A stretch of 64,000 nt of DNA from Eledone cirrhosa (lineage: Eukaryota): positions 329,530,001 to 329,594,000 of the forward strand of contig OZ024742.1 in NCBI GenBank assembly GCA_964016885.1. Direction: 5' to 3'. A program made the position numbers and the translations under genes. The notes below the pieces were generated by a model. It ran no database searches. It saw nothing but the letters and a program-made list of their open reading frames with translations, and was not told the DNA's origin. Each line of letters starts with the position of its first letter. Position 1 is the first letter of the stretch. Shown here piece after piece: positions 29,132-41,345 of this stretch.

Positions 29132-31615
29132 TTGCTGATCAAAGACCAACTCCCTATGTCAACCAAGAACATACCTTCACCAACCAAAAATACATATGAA
29201 AAGTTGTTGATCAACAGTGTAAACTCCTTTATCAATAGAGTGAGATGGAGGACATTCCATTATGATAGAAACAAATCTGGCAAGGATAATAACACCAACA
29301 AATTTGACTCCTTCGGCTTTAAAACATTTAGAAGCCCCCCTCATAACACACTACTAAACCTCTTCGAAAACGACCTAATTAAACTAGTTAAAAACATTAA
29401 ATACAAAAAACACCATAATAAAAACAACACCTTCTTAGACAAACTTAGCACCTCTATTAATGACTTCAAAACTAGTAGTAAAATTGTTGTACATGCCTAC
29501 AAAACTAATAACATATACAGCCTAGATTATAATACGTATAGAAAGTTTATATATAATGAACTACATAAAAGCTACAAGAAAACCACTATGAAAAACTTAG
29601 AAGATATTAATATGGAAGGCTATAATATAGTATCCAAACTAGGGCTCCAGAGACATACACAACCTTACACCCCAAATCCCCCTAGATTCTCTCTGAAGAA
29701 CCATAAGGTAGACTTCATTAGCAACCCCTCGATTAGACTAATCTGCCCCTCCAGGTCTGACATTGACATTATCAGTAAAATAATCCTAGACAAAATCATC
29801 CCACAGATTAAACACAAGATTTACCTTAAGCAATGGGGAAATACGGGTGAAGTGATTGAATGGTTCAAAAATATCATAGATAACAAGGATAAAAAATGTA
29901 TTCAATTTGATATCAACTCTTACTACACCTCTATTTCCCCTATCCTACTAAATAAGGCACTTATAATGGTCATGGACAATAGTGACTTGACTAGACCCCA
30001 GATTGATGTCATACTTGCGGCCCGTAAAACAATAATCACCTTTGAGGACCAATTATGGACCCGCAAGGATACGCAAAACAACTTCGACATTACTGTGGGG
30101 TCTAGTGACTCGGCGCAGGTCACTGATTTGGTTGGCCTATACTTACTTAACCTAATCCACAGGGAACTTCCGTACCTCAGCGGTGGTTTGTATCGCGTCG
30201 ATGCACTTCTACTTATAGACTATAAAAAATTCAATATAGAAAGGACTAGAAAACTATTGCACAAAACATTCAAAAACTTTAACCTTAGTATTACCATGGA
30301 CAAAAACACCAAAAACGTCAACTTCCTAGACGCCACACTCTACTTAGACTCAATGATATATGCACCTTTCCACAAACCTAATGAAAAACTCATCTACGTA
30401 GATACCAAGTCTAACCACCCTAAATCTATATTGAACTCTATCTCTAAGGGAGTATCTAATAGAATCTCTAATCTATCCTATGACATAAACACATTTAACA
30501 ATAACTCGCAGTATTATGATCAGGCATTAGCTAGATCAGGCCATAACACAGGGATAGAGTTCCTACCTACAAAAACACATAGCTACAACATCATTTCACA
30601 CAACATGTCCATGGGAAAATTTAATAATAGGAATAGCAACTGCACACACACTAATAGGGATTGTAACAACAAGAGTAACCCGCACCACAGAAATGACCAT
30701 AGGAACATTAAAGGAAACAAATCACCAGACATAAAAAACAGAAATAGAAGAAGAAATAATACATTTTTCAACCCTCCTTTCAATTTAAACGTCTCTACCA
30801 ACCTTCCTAGGGCTTTCTTCTCACTACTAGATAAACACTTCCCATCCGGCCACAGGTACCACCGCCTTTTAAACAAAAACACTATTAAGATCTCATACTC
30901 TACTACGCCTAACTTAGCATACCACATAGCTAGTACAAATAAAAGAAAAAATAATTCTTACTTCCAACAAACTAAATCACAACGGTCGATAAACCTTCAA
31001 AATAACATTCAAAATAACAGTCAAAGTAACATTATAACAAATAACCGTAATATCAATGGAAATAATAGTAATAGCACTAGTGGAAACATTAACGCTGCGT
31101 ACCACAACCCGCATAACCATAACCCTATAGCTAACCTCCAAACTTCTACACAGCATAGTAACCGGCAGACTAGCACCCAGAGTAATTGTAACTGTAGATC
31201 AAGTAGAACCTGCCCTTTAGATAAAACATGCTTAACCAAGGATATCATATACTCATGTACAGTCACAACTAACAGCTCTTCTGAAACCTACATAGGCTCC
31301 ACTTCTAACTGCTTCAAAACTAGATACAATTCGCACCTCCACTCTTTCAAAAAACACAGTCTAGCCAACTCCACTTCACTATCTAGCTACATACACTATC
31401 TAAAAACTAAAAATAAAATATATACACTTAAATGGGAAGTGGTAGGTAGTGCAACATCGTACAAACCTCCTGATAAATTTTGTAACCTCTGTCTACTAGA
31501 GACCCATACTATCATTATCTCTAAACATAATCTCCTTAATAAAGAATCAGAAGTGTTCGCAAATTGCCAACACCGCTTCCGACACTCGTTCCAAAACTTT
31601 AAACCCTATATATAA
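29132..31615 (+). CDS. PLE reverse transcriptase / GIY-YIG endonuclease (open frame, probably catalytically dead; first ATG at 29156)
   Basis: IQFDINSYY (motif A), ITVGSSDSAQVTDL (B'), GGLYRVD (motif C, normally YRDD), NFLD, SNHP, CNCR..CPL..C linker, IY..YIG, RYNSH, CNLCLLE, LLNKESE..CQH. Confidence 0.92.
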   Translation: MLIKDQLPMSTKNIPSPTKNTYEKLLINSVNSFINRVRWRTFHYDRNKSGKDNNTNKFDSFGFKTFRSPPHNTLLNLFENDLIKLVKNIKYKKHHNKNNTFLDKLSTSINDFKTSSKIVVHAYKTNNIYSLDYNTYRKFIYNELHKSYKKTTMKNLEDINMEGYNIVSKLGLQRHTQPYTPNPPRFSLKNHKVDFISNPSIRLICPSRSDIDIISKIILDKIIPQIKHKIYLKQWGNTGEVIEWFKNIIDNKDKKCIQFDINSYYTSISPILLNKALIMVMDNSDLTRPQIDVILAARKTIITFEDQLWTRKDTQNNFDITVGSSDSAQVTDLVGLYLLNLIHRELPYLSGGLYRVDALLLIDYKKFNIERTRKLLHKTFKNFNLSITMDKNTKNVNFLDATLYLDSMIYAPFHKPNEKLIYVDTKSNHPKSILNSISKGVSNRISNLSYDINTFNNNSQYYDQALARSGHNTGIEFLPTKTHSYNIISHNMSMGKFNNRNSNCTHTNRDCNNKSNPHHRNDHRNIKGNKSPDIKNRNRRRNNTFFNPPFNLNVSTNLPRAFFSLLDKHFPSGHRYHRLLNKNTIKISYSTTPNLAYHIASTNKRKNNSYFQQTKSQRSINLQNNIQNNSQSNIITNNRNINGNNSNSTSGNINAAYHNPHNHNPIANLQTSTQHSNRQTSTQSNCNCRSSRTCPLDKTCLTKDIIYSCTVTTNSSSETYIGSTSNCFKTRYNSHLHSFKKHSLANSTSLSSYIHYLKTKNKIYTLKWEVVGSATSYKPPDKFCNLCLLETHTIIISKHNLLNKESEVFANCQHRFRHSFQNFKPYI

Positions 31616-33156
31616 TAATGTCAGACTGGAACCGGCACCACCCCTAGCAATTAACATCAGTAGCACACCTTACACCTCACATCCACACCCATCTCTATAC
31701 TCTAAAGATAATACTGACAGCATTTTAGTACCACCTACCCTGGGAATACCCCCTTGTACCTCTAATACTAATATCTCGACCGTGGACTACTTATTCTGCA
31801 TTGCACAAATATAAGATTAGTATAAATTGGGGACACGGTACTGGTTGCGATAGCATAGTCCTGCGCATGGATTACCACCAAAAGATAGATTGATGATTAG
31901 ATAGATAATCGTATTGTTAAGTGATTATATACTGTAAGCGATCAGTTCATTGAATTATGCACGTAATCATCTTGATGTGGACTCCTTTAATACCTATTAA
32001 TAGACTCCACTCTAGCTTGGAGATGTGATACATAATTGATTTATATTTGAGACGGGGGTTGTCTATTGCTTGATGGCCAGACTAGTGCATTTATATGAGA
32101 GATTGGATCTCCGGACCATACCGAAGATTTACTGGAGATGCAGGCAAGCAATGACCCGGAGCCTACCGGGTGGCATATATAATAGTGGGACCATACCAGG
32201 TCCTACTGTTATATTACATCTGCATGGAGCAGTGACTTGAGAGTCTGACTCCTCTTATGGAACGTTCAGATATGACACCCCTTTATTAATGGATGGTAAT
32301 CATCCTAATATATACACCCTTGTACTTCTTAATGGACAACTCTCTAACTTATAAATGGGTAACATACACTAGATATTAGTTATAACTTCACATGATAGGC
32401 ACGTATTTGAATCACCATTAATGTAGTTTAGCATAGTAATGTAACTAAGATAACTAGCTAGTTACCTCCCCTTACGCATGAATTCCCCTTAGTCATTCAG
32501 GCAATTCCGGAATCTGGACAGCATGATATATTAATTAAGAACCGACTGGATACGGTTTATAGCTTGACTATATGCTGAACCACTGCGAATTATACGATAG
32601 ACGCGTGTTCTCTATATATATATTGCGTCTCATGGATTATGTGAGTGGTGGTGTGAGCAAGGACAGTGGTACGACCTTGCCTACGATACAATAAGGTTTA
32701 TAGTATGTTGAAGGTTTTTGATATTTTGGCGTTTCCCCGCATCCGAGACTGTATATCATACAGATGTATGACAATAAATGACTTAATAATTCAGCTTATA
32801 TAATAAGATCGATTGCCTGCTTCAGCTGCCTGACCCTGCAAATATCATTCTGACGCACTCTAATCATGTATAGGTAAGACACGCGTGCATGCTACACGGG
32901 AGATTGTTTCATACACTGACTACTCTAAGCTTTCGTCTTGCTTTATCTTCATAGACTGCCAACGTTTCATGTTTATCTTTATTTTCACTCTTATTTTCAC
33001 TCTTGTTTTTATTTTATTTTATTTTTATCCTGTAACCTTTATATGTAAACTGCCATGCTATATCATTTGATGAATGTCACCCCACTGTTGATCAATATGC
33101 GCATATGTTTTATGTGTCTCTTGGGTTGAAAAGGAGGTCAAGTATGTTATAAATAG

Positions 33157-33205
33157 TTGCTCCGAAGAATCAAAACCTCGGTTTGGAGGAAACAATTGTA
33201 AGCAA
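33157..33205 (+). ncRNA. Minimal hammerhead with CCGAAGA core, 3' pLTR
   Basis: TTGCT-CCGAAGA-ATCAAAACC(TC)GGTTTGGAG-GAA-ACAATTGT-A-AGCAA. Confidence 0.75.
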
Positions 33206-33239
33206 ATAAATGACTTAAACTGAACTTTGATTACTGTAA

Positions 33240-33291
<52 letters not shown>

Positions 33292-33414
33292 CATGGAACT
33301 CATTTAACCATCTTTTGATCTTATATATTATGTATACTCCAGTCCTACAAACTGTAGAGTGCTTCTTATCCGATATGTGCATTGCTTTATTGTACTGCAA
33401 TAAAACTCACCTCC

Positions 33415-33500
<86 letters not shown>

Positions 33501-33623
33501 GGAGGTGAGTTTTATTGTAGTACAATAAAGCAATGCACATATCGGATAAGAAGCACTCTACAGTTTGTAGGACTGGAGTATACATAATATATAAGATCAA
33601 AAGATGGTTAAATGAGTTCCATG

Positions 33624-33684
33624 TATTTTATTATGCGCATTTCAAAAACAAATATCAACATTTGTGTTTTCATCAGATCAAATA
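33624..33684 (-). ncRNA. Minimal hammerhead, canonical core
   Basis: Reverse-complement copy of 37563-37633 with a shortened stem II. Confidence 0.82.
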
Positions 33685-34458
33685 GGACATAATATGAAGG
33701 TTAAAAAACACTTGTGGATAGTGCAGTTTAAATCAACATATGAAAAGTAGTTTTAGATTGATGTGTGATATTGGGGAAAAAAAAAACTTTGAGTGGGGGG
33801 GTTGTAAAGGATGAAAAAGAGGAGGAGATGAGAGTAAAAAGTGGAGGGGGAGGAGTATAGTGAGGAAGGATGAGATAGGAGGAGAGATGGGTGATAGAGA
33901 GAGAGAGGTAGCTTTTATAACTGAGAAAAATATATTGTTTTACATAGAGAGGTTGAAAAAACCGTTGGAAGATAATGTATAAATTAAAAGAATTTGAAAA
34001 TTAACGAAGAGAAAAATAATGTAAAGTTAAGGTTTGTATATTGAAGGGTTTAATAATATGTGCGATGAAAAGAAATTGTTAATATGTATTAAGAATAATA
34101 TTTAAGGGTTTTATAATATGTGCAATGGAAAGAAAATGTTGATATGTATTATTAAAAAAAACAGAAGTAATGTAAGTAAAGATATATTGTGAGATGAGCA
34201 TGAATGAGTTAGATGAAAGGGAGTACAAAATAATGAATAGAGGATGAATAATCTAACGTCAAAAAATGTTTATGTTTACGAAGGATTCTTTCAAGGTGAT
34301 ATGAAGTAAGAATATGGTGTATTGTGTAATAATTGTTTCTATGTTAGGCTCAATGAGAAAAGGTACAGATTAGGGGTTAGAAATTAGGAGTGATGTAGAA
34401 TATAATAAATATAATAAATAACTTTGAAATAAGGTAGAAAGATGGGTATATTTTTAAA

Positions 34459-34528
<70 letters not shown>

Positions 34529-34568
34529 CCTTTGAGAAAAGGATTCTGAATTGATAAAGTTTATCATA

Positions 34569-35071
34569 TTAGCTGTATACTTTATGGAAAGCAGATAGAA
34601 AACAAGTCAGTGCGTCCATTTATTATAGAATCTAAATTAGAAATAATGGTAAATTTTTCATTTAGACAGAGATTGCAAGTCTTAGATAGAGAACTGTTCA
34701 AACATAAAGAAGCAGAGGAAACCTTTTTCCAAGAGATGTTTTATTTAATATTTTTGTCTTTCAAGGACCATATGAGTTCAGAGAGAGCCGTGTTGGTTCT
34801 TTTAAGTTTATATTTAAAAGACGAATGATGATTATAAAGACGAGCTTTAAAGGAGGTGGGAGTGGAGCCAAAATAGGTGAAGGAATTGATGTCAGTTATA
34901 ACTTTACATTCGTAAATTAAGTTTTTATCAAGACAATGGTTGTTGAGAGGACATTTATTTTTAGCAGTGCAATTGCAATTGCGATTAGAGAGATTATTAA
35001 CGAGTGACCTAGTGTTATCTATAGAAGGAATTGGATTGGAGAAGTTATTGGCGATAGGAATAATAGTTTCT
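34569..35071 (-). pseudogene. GIY-YIG endonuclease part of the PLE
   Basis: Manual translation: CNCTAKNKCPLNNHCLDKNLIYECKV..TYFGST..FKARLYNHHSSF..CNLCLNEK. Confidence 0.88.
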
Positions 35072-36740
35072 CAAATTCAAGAGATACCCTTACAAAGGAC
35101 AAGAGCACCTTGTAAATCTCAAGAACACAATTTCAAACCTAAATTCCTCAAAAAATGTTTTAGTCCACTCTGACAAAACCAATAATTTATATGGTATTTC
35201 CCAGGATAATTATAACAACCTTATCCTAAAGGAACTTAGGAAAAAATATCGTAAAACCAACCATGATAATTTAGAATCCATAAACTTTGAAGCCTCTGAG
35301 ATTATGTCAAAACTTGGCATCGGGAAAAAGACCGAACCATTCCTCCCAAGAACTCCGAGGATAAATCTCAAGGATTACAAAAACAATTTTCGCACTGAAC
35401 TACCTGTTAGATTAATCGCCCCCTCTAAATAAGATCTGGGGGTTGTTAGTAAAGCCATCTTGGATAGAATTATCCCACAGGTTCGTTCTAATTGCTCATC
35501 TTTGAACTTAAATTTATGGTTTGGTACTTCTGAAGTGATTGGCTGGTTCAACAAATTGAATAATAAAAACAAACTAAAATTTGTTCAATTTGATATTGAA
35601 AGCTACCATTCTTCTATTTCGCCTTCACTTCTCAACAATGCTGTATCTTTCGCATTTAAATATTCTGACATCACCACAGATGAACTTCACATCATTCTCA
35701 CCGCACGTAAAACCATCCTTGAGTTCAACAATGAATATTGGACCAGAGCTGATACCTCTAACAACTTCGACATCACAATGGGAGCATCCGATTCATGCCA
35801 ACTGACAGATTTAATTGGTATCTTTATTTTGAATTCTTTGAGTCGGAAAATTCCTCAACTTCGCGGTGGAATTTATCGTGACGATGGACTCTTTACTATC
35901 TTAAATTGCAATACAGTTAACCTTAATATTATTAAGAACAATATACGTAATCTCTTTAACCAACATAACCTAAGAATTGAATTTGATAACAGCATAAAAC
36001 TAGCTAATTTCTTGGATGTATCTCTTAATCTTGACACTGGCCTATATTACCCTTACCATATAAACAATGAGAACCTAAATTATGTTAATTTTAAATCTAA
36101 CCACCCTACCAATATTAATAATGCCATAGTTAGTAATATTGGAAAAAGAATATCTAACCTATCTTCTAATAAAAACATCTTCGATGCTAACGTCAATTAC
36201 TATAATAACGCTCTTTCTAAAGCCGGCTATCCTGATAAAATCAAATATGATAAAGAAACAAATTCTAGAAGATCTTACAGTAGAATAATTAATCATGATC
36301 ATTCCACTAACTTTAATAAAAGACCTAGATACAAAAACATAATCTGGTATAATGCTCCTTTCTCCATCTCTATTAATAATAATATTCCTAAATTATTCTT
36401 TAGTGCCTTAAATAAATGCTTCCCTCCCTCACATATCTATAGTAAAATATTTAACAAACACACTATAAAATTTTCCTATTCAACATCCTCCAACATTTCC
36501 AACATTATCTCTAAACACAACAATAAAATACTAAATACTAAATCTCTTCCTTCCAACACTGAATATCATAATAATAGTAATAGTACTCCCGACGTCATTG
36601 TAAACTCTAGGCTAATTTCTGCAAACCCAAATACAACGTCAAACACAACTTCGCTAAATGTTCTTAATCCCATTCTAAATCAAGAAACTATTATTCCTAT
36701 CGCCAATAACTTCTCCAATCCAATTCCTTCTATAGATAAC
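35072..36740 (+). pseudogene. PLE reverse transcriptase, 5'-truncated, with one stop and a frameshift
   Basis: HSDKTNNLY, RLIAPSK*DLG, FVQFDIESY, DITMGASDSCQLTDLIG, GGIYRDD, NFLDV, SNHP (ORF 35460-36869). Confidence 0.92.
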
Positions 36741-37562
36741 TTTATCAATTCAGAATCCTTTTCTCAAAGGCACATATATATATATATATACTTCTTTAAA
36801 AATATACCCATCTTTCTACCTTATTTCAAAGTTATTTATTATATTTATTATATTCTACATCACTCCTAATTTCTAACCCCTAATCTGTACCTTTTTCTCA
36901 CTGTGCCTAATATAGAAACAATTATTACACAATACACCATATTCTTACTTCATTTCACCTTGAAAGAATCCTTCGTAAACATAAACATTTGTTGACGTTA
37001 GATTATTCATCCTCTATTCATTATTTTTTCCTCCCTTTCATCTAACTCATTCATGCTCATCTTACAATATATCCTTACTTACATTACTTCTGTTTTTTTA
37101 ATAATACATATCAACATTTTCTTTCCATCGCACATATTATTAAACCCTTAAATATTATTCTCAATACATATTAACAATTTCTTTTCATCGCACATATTAT
37201 TAAACCCTTCAATATACAAACCTTAACTTTACATTATTTTTCTCTTCGTTAATTTTCAAATTCTTTTATTTATACATTATCTTCCAACGGTTTTTTCAAC
37301 CTCTCTATGTAAAACAATATATTTTTCTCAGTTATAAAAGCTATCTCTCTCTCTCTCTATCACCCATCTCTCATCCTATCTCATCCTTCCTCACTATACT
37401 CCTCCCCCTCCACTTGTTACTCTCATCTCCTCCTCTTTTTCACCCCCCCCCCCTCAACACATTTTTTTTCCCAATATCACACATCAATCTAAAACTACTT
37501 TTCATATGTTGATTTAAAACTGCACGATCCTCAAGTGTTTTTTTAACCTTCATATCATGTCC

Positions 37563-37633
37563 TATTTTATCTGATGAAAACACAAATGTTATTGCATGAT
37601 GATATTTGTTTTTGAAATGCGCATAATAAAATA
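37563..37633 (+). ncRNA. Minimal type I hammerhead, canonical core, long stem II
   Basis: TATTTTAT-CTGATGA-AAACACAAATGTTATT(GCAT)GATGATATTTGTTTTT-GAA-ATGCGCAT-A-ATAAAATA. Confidence 0.9.
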
Positions 37634-38362
37634 CACGAAACTCATTTAACCATCTTTTGATCTTATATATTATATATATATATATACACACATAAACACC
37701 ACCAGCTCTCATTCTCTCTCTCTCCATTCCATTCTCCTTCGCTGTCTTCTCTCCCTCTCTCTATGTCTCTCTTTCAATATACCGTCTCACAACCACTATC
37801 TCTTTCTCTCTATCTCTCTCTCGCTCTCTCGCTCTCTCTGTTTATGAAGGTACAGGGAAAAACACCATTTTTCGTAATGCAGTGCCCCGATTTACGCGAA
37901 ACTTCCATTTTGTATCCCCATTTAAGCGTCAAATTCCTTTCAGTGTATTTTCCCATTATTCACCCTTTTGGCTGTATTACATTACAGACAAGCAAAGAAG
38001 CAACCAAACAATCACAGAGTTTTATTAGTATATGGATAAGCACTATTACCAACTACACATTATTACTTCCCATCTACATGTAGAAATGATTACAAGAACA
38101 AAAATCTTACAATCCAAAATTAATTTATAGCTGATACTTAGTCCTAAGCTCAGTGATGACTGGTGATTACATATCGATTGGTAAATTGAATCTTGAGTAC
38201 AATAGGTGTTTTAATAAAGGGACAATATTATATGTTTGTTTAAGTGTGTTATTGGACAAAAAGGAATACATTTTTTGTTCGTATAATCATCTAGTGCCAT
38301 ATGCAGAAATCACAAAGAATATATAAACTGTGTATATGTACTTACATAAACCCTCACAATAT

Positions 38363-38407
<45 letters not shown>

Positions 38408-38857
38408 ATGTGTATATATATATATATATTTATATATATACATAAATATATATATATATATATACATAATTGTATATATGTATATACATATATAATATAT
38501 ATTATATATATATATATATATATGGGGTCCTTTCTTGCTCACATCTCACTCAGGTCGGACGGTCTGTATTTTGATCGCTCATGAAATCCACCCAGCTTAT
38601 GCTGATCGGATAACCATGTTGCTTGTTTTTTTCCTATCTTCGGTTTGCTTTTTATCCTTCTATGTTGTTTACTTGTCTCACTCGCTTTACGCGATTCACT
38701 TGTCCCAATAGCTTTTTTTAGTTATTGCTCGCACCAACCTGAGGTATATGATTTTTAATGCGATGAAATACCAATGATGGTTGGCAAATCACTGACGAGG
38801 GACTAATTTTATAATATGTAACCCATGTACAACCACGCAGTATTCCTCTTTGTTCTC

Positions 38858-38928
<71 letters not shown>

Positions 38929-38952
38929 GCACATATATATATATATATATAT

Positions 38953-40622
38953 AGTATGCTGGGAAAGGAGAGAAACATATCTCCTTGATGAGAGCTCCCT
39001 AGACCTCATCATGTACTCTTGTTACGTAGACGACATTAATATAATGATAAGGACACCCCCCAAAGATAGTACTAAGAAGTATGATTTAGAATGTAGCACA
39101 ATGGAAAGCGTCCAGCAGATAGCTAATTCCATACACCAGAGTATATTTGTAACTTTCGACTACACTTCTAAACACCCTAACAATAGACTACCTGTATTAG
39201 ACACAGAACTCAAGAGCCCAAATTCTCCACTCACACTACACTAAATCCATGGCCTCCAAATACATGATACTCAAAAACTCACCAATGTCCAATAGTGCTA
39301 AGTTTAACATTCTGATCGCAGACTTGGTACGAGTGTTGAAGAACGTGTGCCGCATGTGCGACCCAACAGAAATGGTAAGACACATCCAACACTTCATCAA
39401 CCGCATGCAGTTCTCTGGCTACAACCAAAGAGACGGAATCAGATTATACGAAGGAGCTACGGAGATGTATAAGACTCTCATAGAACTGGACAGGAAAGGA
39501 ATTTGTCCATTATACAGGAGCAAATCATGGAATAGCTTAGATATGGCTAGACATAAGATAGGGAAATCCACCTCATGGTACGACAACCAGAGATACCAGA
39601 GTATCATGTTTGTGGACGCTACCCCAGGAGGGAAATTAGCTAACCAGTGTAGAAAGGCCCTGTGAAAGACCCACTTAAAGATTAAGGTGGTAGAAAAGCC
39701 AGCAACTACCATAAAATCCCTGATCAGGAAACACCCTTTTAAGAAAACCCACTGTACTAATAGGAAAAGTATTATATGTAAGGTAAACCCCGGATAAACT
39801 GTAAATCTAGAAACGTTGTCGATAGCATAAGATGTGCAGAGGGTACTTACAGAAACATGATAATAACATTGAAAAGCGAGACAGCTTGTAGCATAGGTGA
39901 AAGGATAGACCAACACTGGGGGGAACTAAAAGGACAAAAAAACGGTTCAGTACTATACGAACACGCCAGACAACAAGATGACGGTAACATAGACAACATA
40001 GAAATTAAAATAACATCTAAACATAGAAGTGACCCAGCAGATAGGAAAATGAGAGAGGCCAGTGAAATAGAACTTAGAAGGTCAAAGCTAAACAGAAAAA
40101 AATGAATGGAATAACAACACCCAAACAAACAATACGCACCTAAGAGAAATATAAATAAATAAATAAATAAATAAATATATACAAACACAAGCACACTATA
40201 ACAACAAACACATATAAACACACACTAGTAAACTACGATAGAATAAAATAACCAAAATACAGTCACCCAAACGCGAACGCACATTAAACACTATACACAC
40301 ACGCAAACGCATGCGCAGAAAAGAAGACAAACAAATATAAACAGATTAAATAAAGATGGCGTAGACATACAATACAGCAGGAGGAAACATAATAGCACCA
40401 CTGACGATGTTGCAGATGTGCATAGAAAGAAATTTGTTAGACTATATATATGTGTTTGTGTCTATACTATATCTGTATTTTTGACCGTTGGTCAGTCAAT
40501 GATAAACATTGACGACCGAATAAATTAACTGATATAAAAGATACGGAAGCGAAAACCAACCAAACAGTCAGTGTGTTCTGTCATTAATTCTGGCAATATT
40601 ATTACAATAATATGACCCACCC
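38953..40622 (+). mobile_element. 5'-truncated PLE (group B1): RT C-terminus, GIY-YIG pseudogene, 3' UTR
   Basis: CYVDDINI, RLPVLD, RMQFSGY, FVDATPGGKLA, ETACSIGERIDQH, LNRK; 3' UTR matches 3660-4228. Confidence 0.9.
40396..40440 (+). ncRNA. Degenerate hammerhead (group B1)
   Basis: CA-CTGACGA-T-GTTGCA(GATG)TGCATA-GAA-AGAAAT-T-TG. Confidence 0.55.
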
Positions 40623-40634
40623 TATATATATATG

Positions 40635-40667
<33 letters not shown>

Positions 40668-41071
40668 CTGTGTGTGTGTGTATATGTGTGTGTGTGCGTG
40701 TGTGTGTGTGCGTGTGCGTAAAATACGCGTTTGGAGTAATTCGTAAGTTAATTATTTAGTAAATGGGAGATATTGGAATTCGATAATTGATCAAATATTC
40801 TACATTGCTGTATGAAAATTGTTATTCAGATATATGTTGTTTTAAACTCCATATATTACATTGACATTGGAATATATATTCCAATGATTTTCCATCTTTG
40901 TTTCAACAACATTGTTGGCTGTTAAAATAAGGTGAGAACTTATTGCTTCAATAGTGGTTTATTTAAACTATACAGATGATGTACTTTTATGCGGAATTTT
41001 GTTTGCCACTCTGCAATTTGCGTAGGGGACTAAGAATTACATGCGTTTATAGCTTGTATATATATATATAC

Positions 41072-41141
<70 letters not shown>

Positions 41142-41300
41142 ATACTTTGGGAGGGTCATGTTGCCAATAAGAAACACACGCACCAGTTGCTTTCACTTCA
41201 ATTTAATTTATTAAATATTTATAAGTTTACAAATTTATAAATTTATAAATTTCTGGTTGGTTGGTTGGTTCCACAACCAGATAGTTGTTTATATATATAT

Positions 41301-41345
41301 AGTCATAGTTCTTTCGTCACACACTCTGTGACCTCTTCAGTGACT
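41301..41345 (-). ncRNA. Minimal hammerhead (group B2), inverted copy
   Basis: Exact reverse complement of 42035-42079. Confidence 0.85.

Larger units (their letters stand above)
28774..33244 (+). mobile_element. Full-length Penelope-like element (group I) with 142-bp direct pseudo-LTRs
   Basis: 28774-28915 is nearly identical to 33103-33244; single RT-EN ORF; ~1.5 kb 3' UTR; inserted at a TA tract inside the group D element. Confidence 0.93.
33287..37680. mobile_element. Complex group A-type PLE insertion: terminal palindrome, inverted EN + 3' UTR (33497-35071, -), then RT copy lacking EN + 3' UTR (35072-37680, +)
   Basis: 33585-34560 inverts 36741-37670; 35013-35071 inverts 36683-36740; 33287-33420 inverts 33495-33628. 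Confidence 0.9.

Noticed and set aside
38760-38810. CTGACGAG near GAAA as a type II/III hammerhead
   Set aside because: The helices do not close and there is no NUH in register
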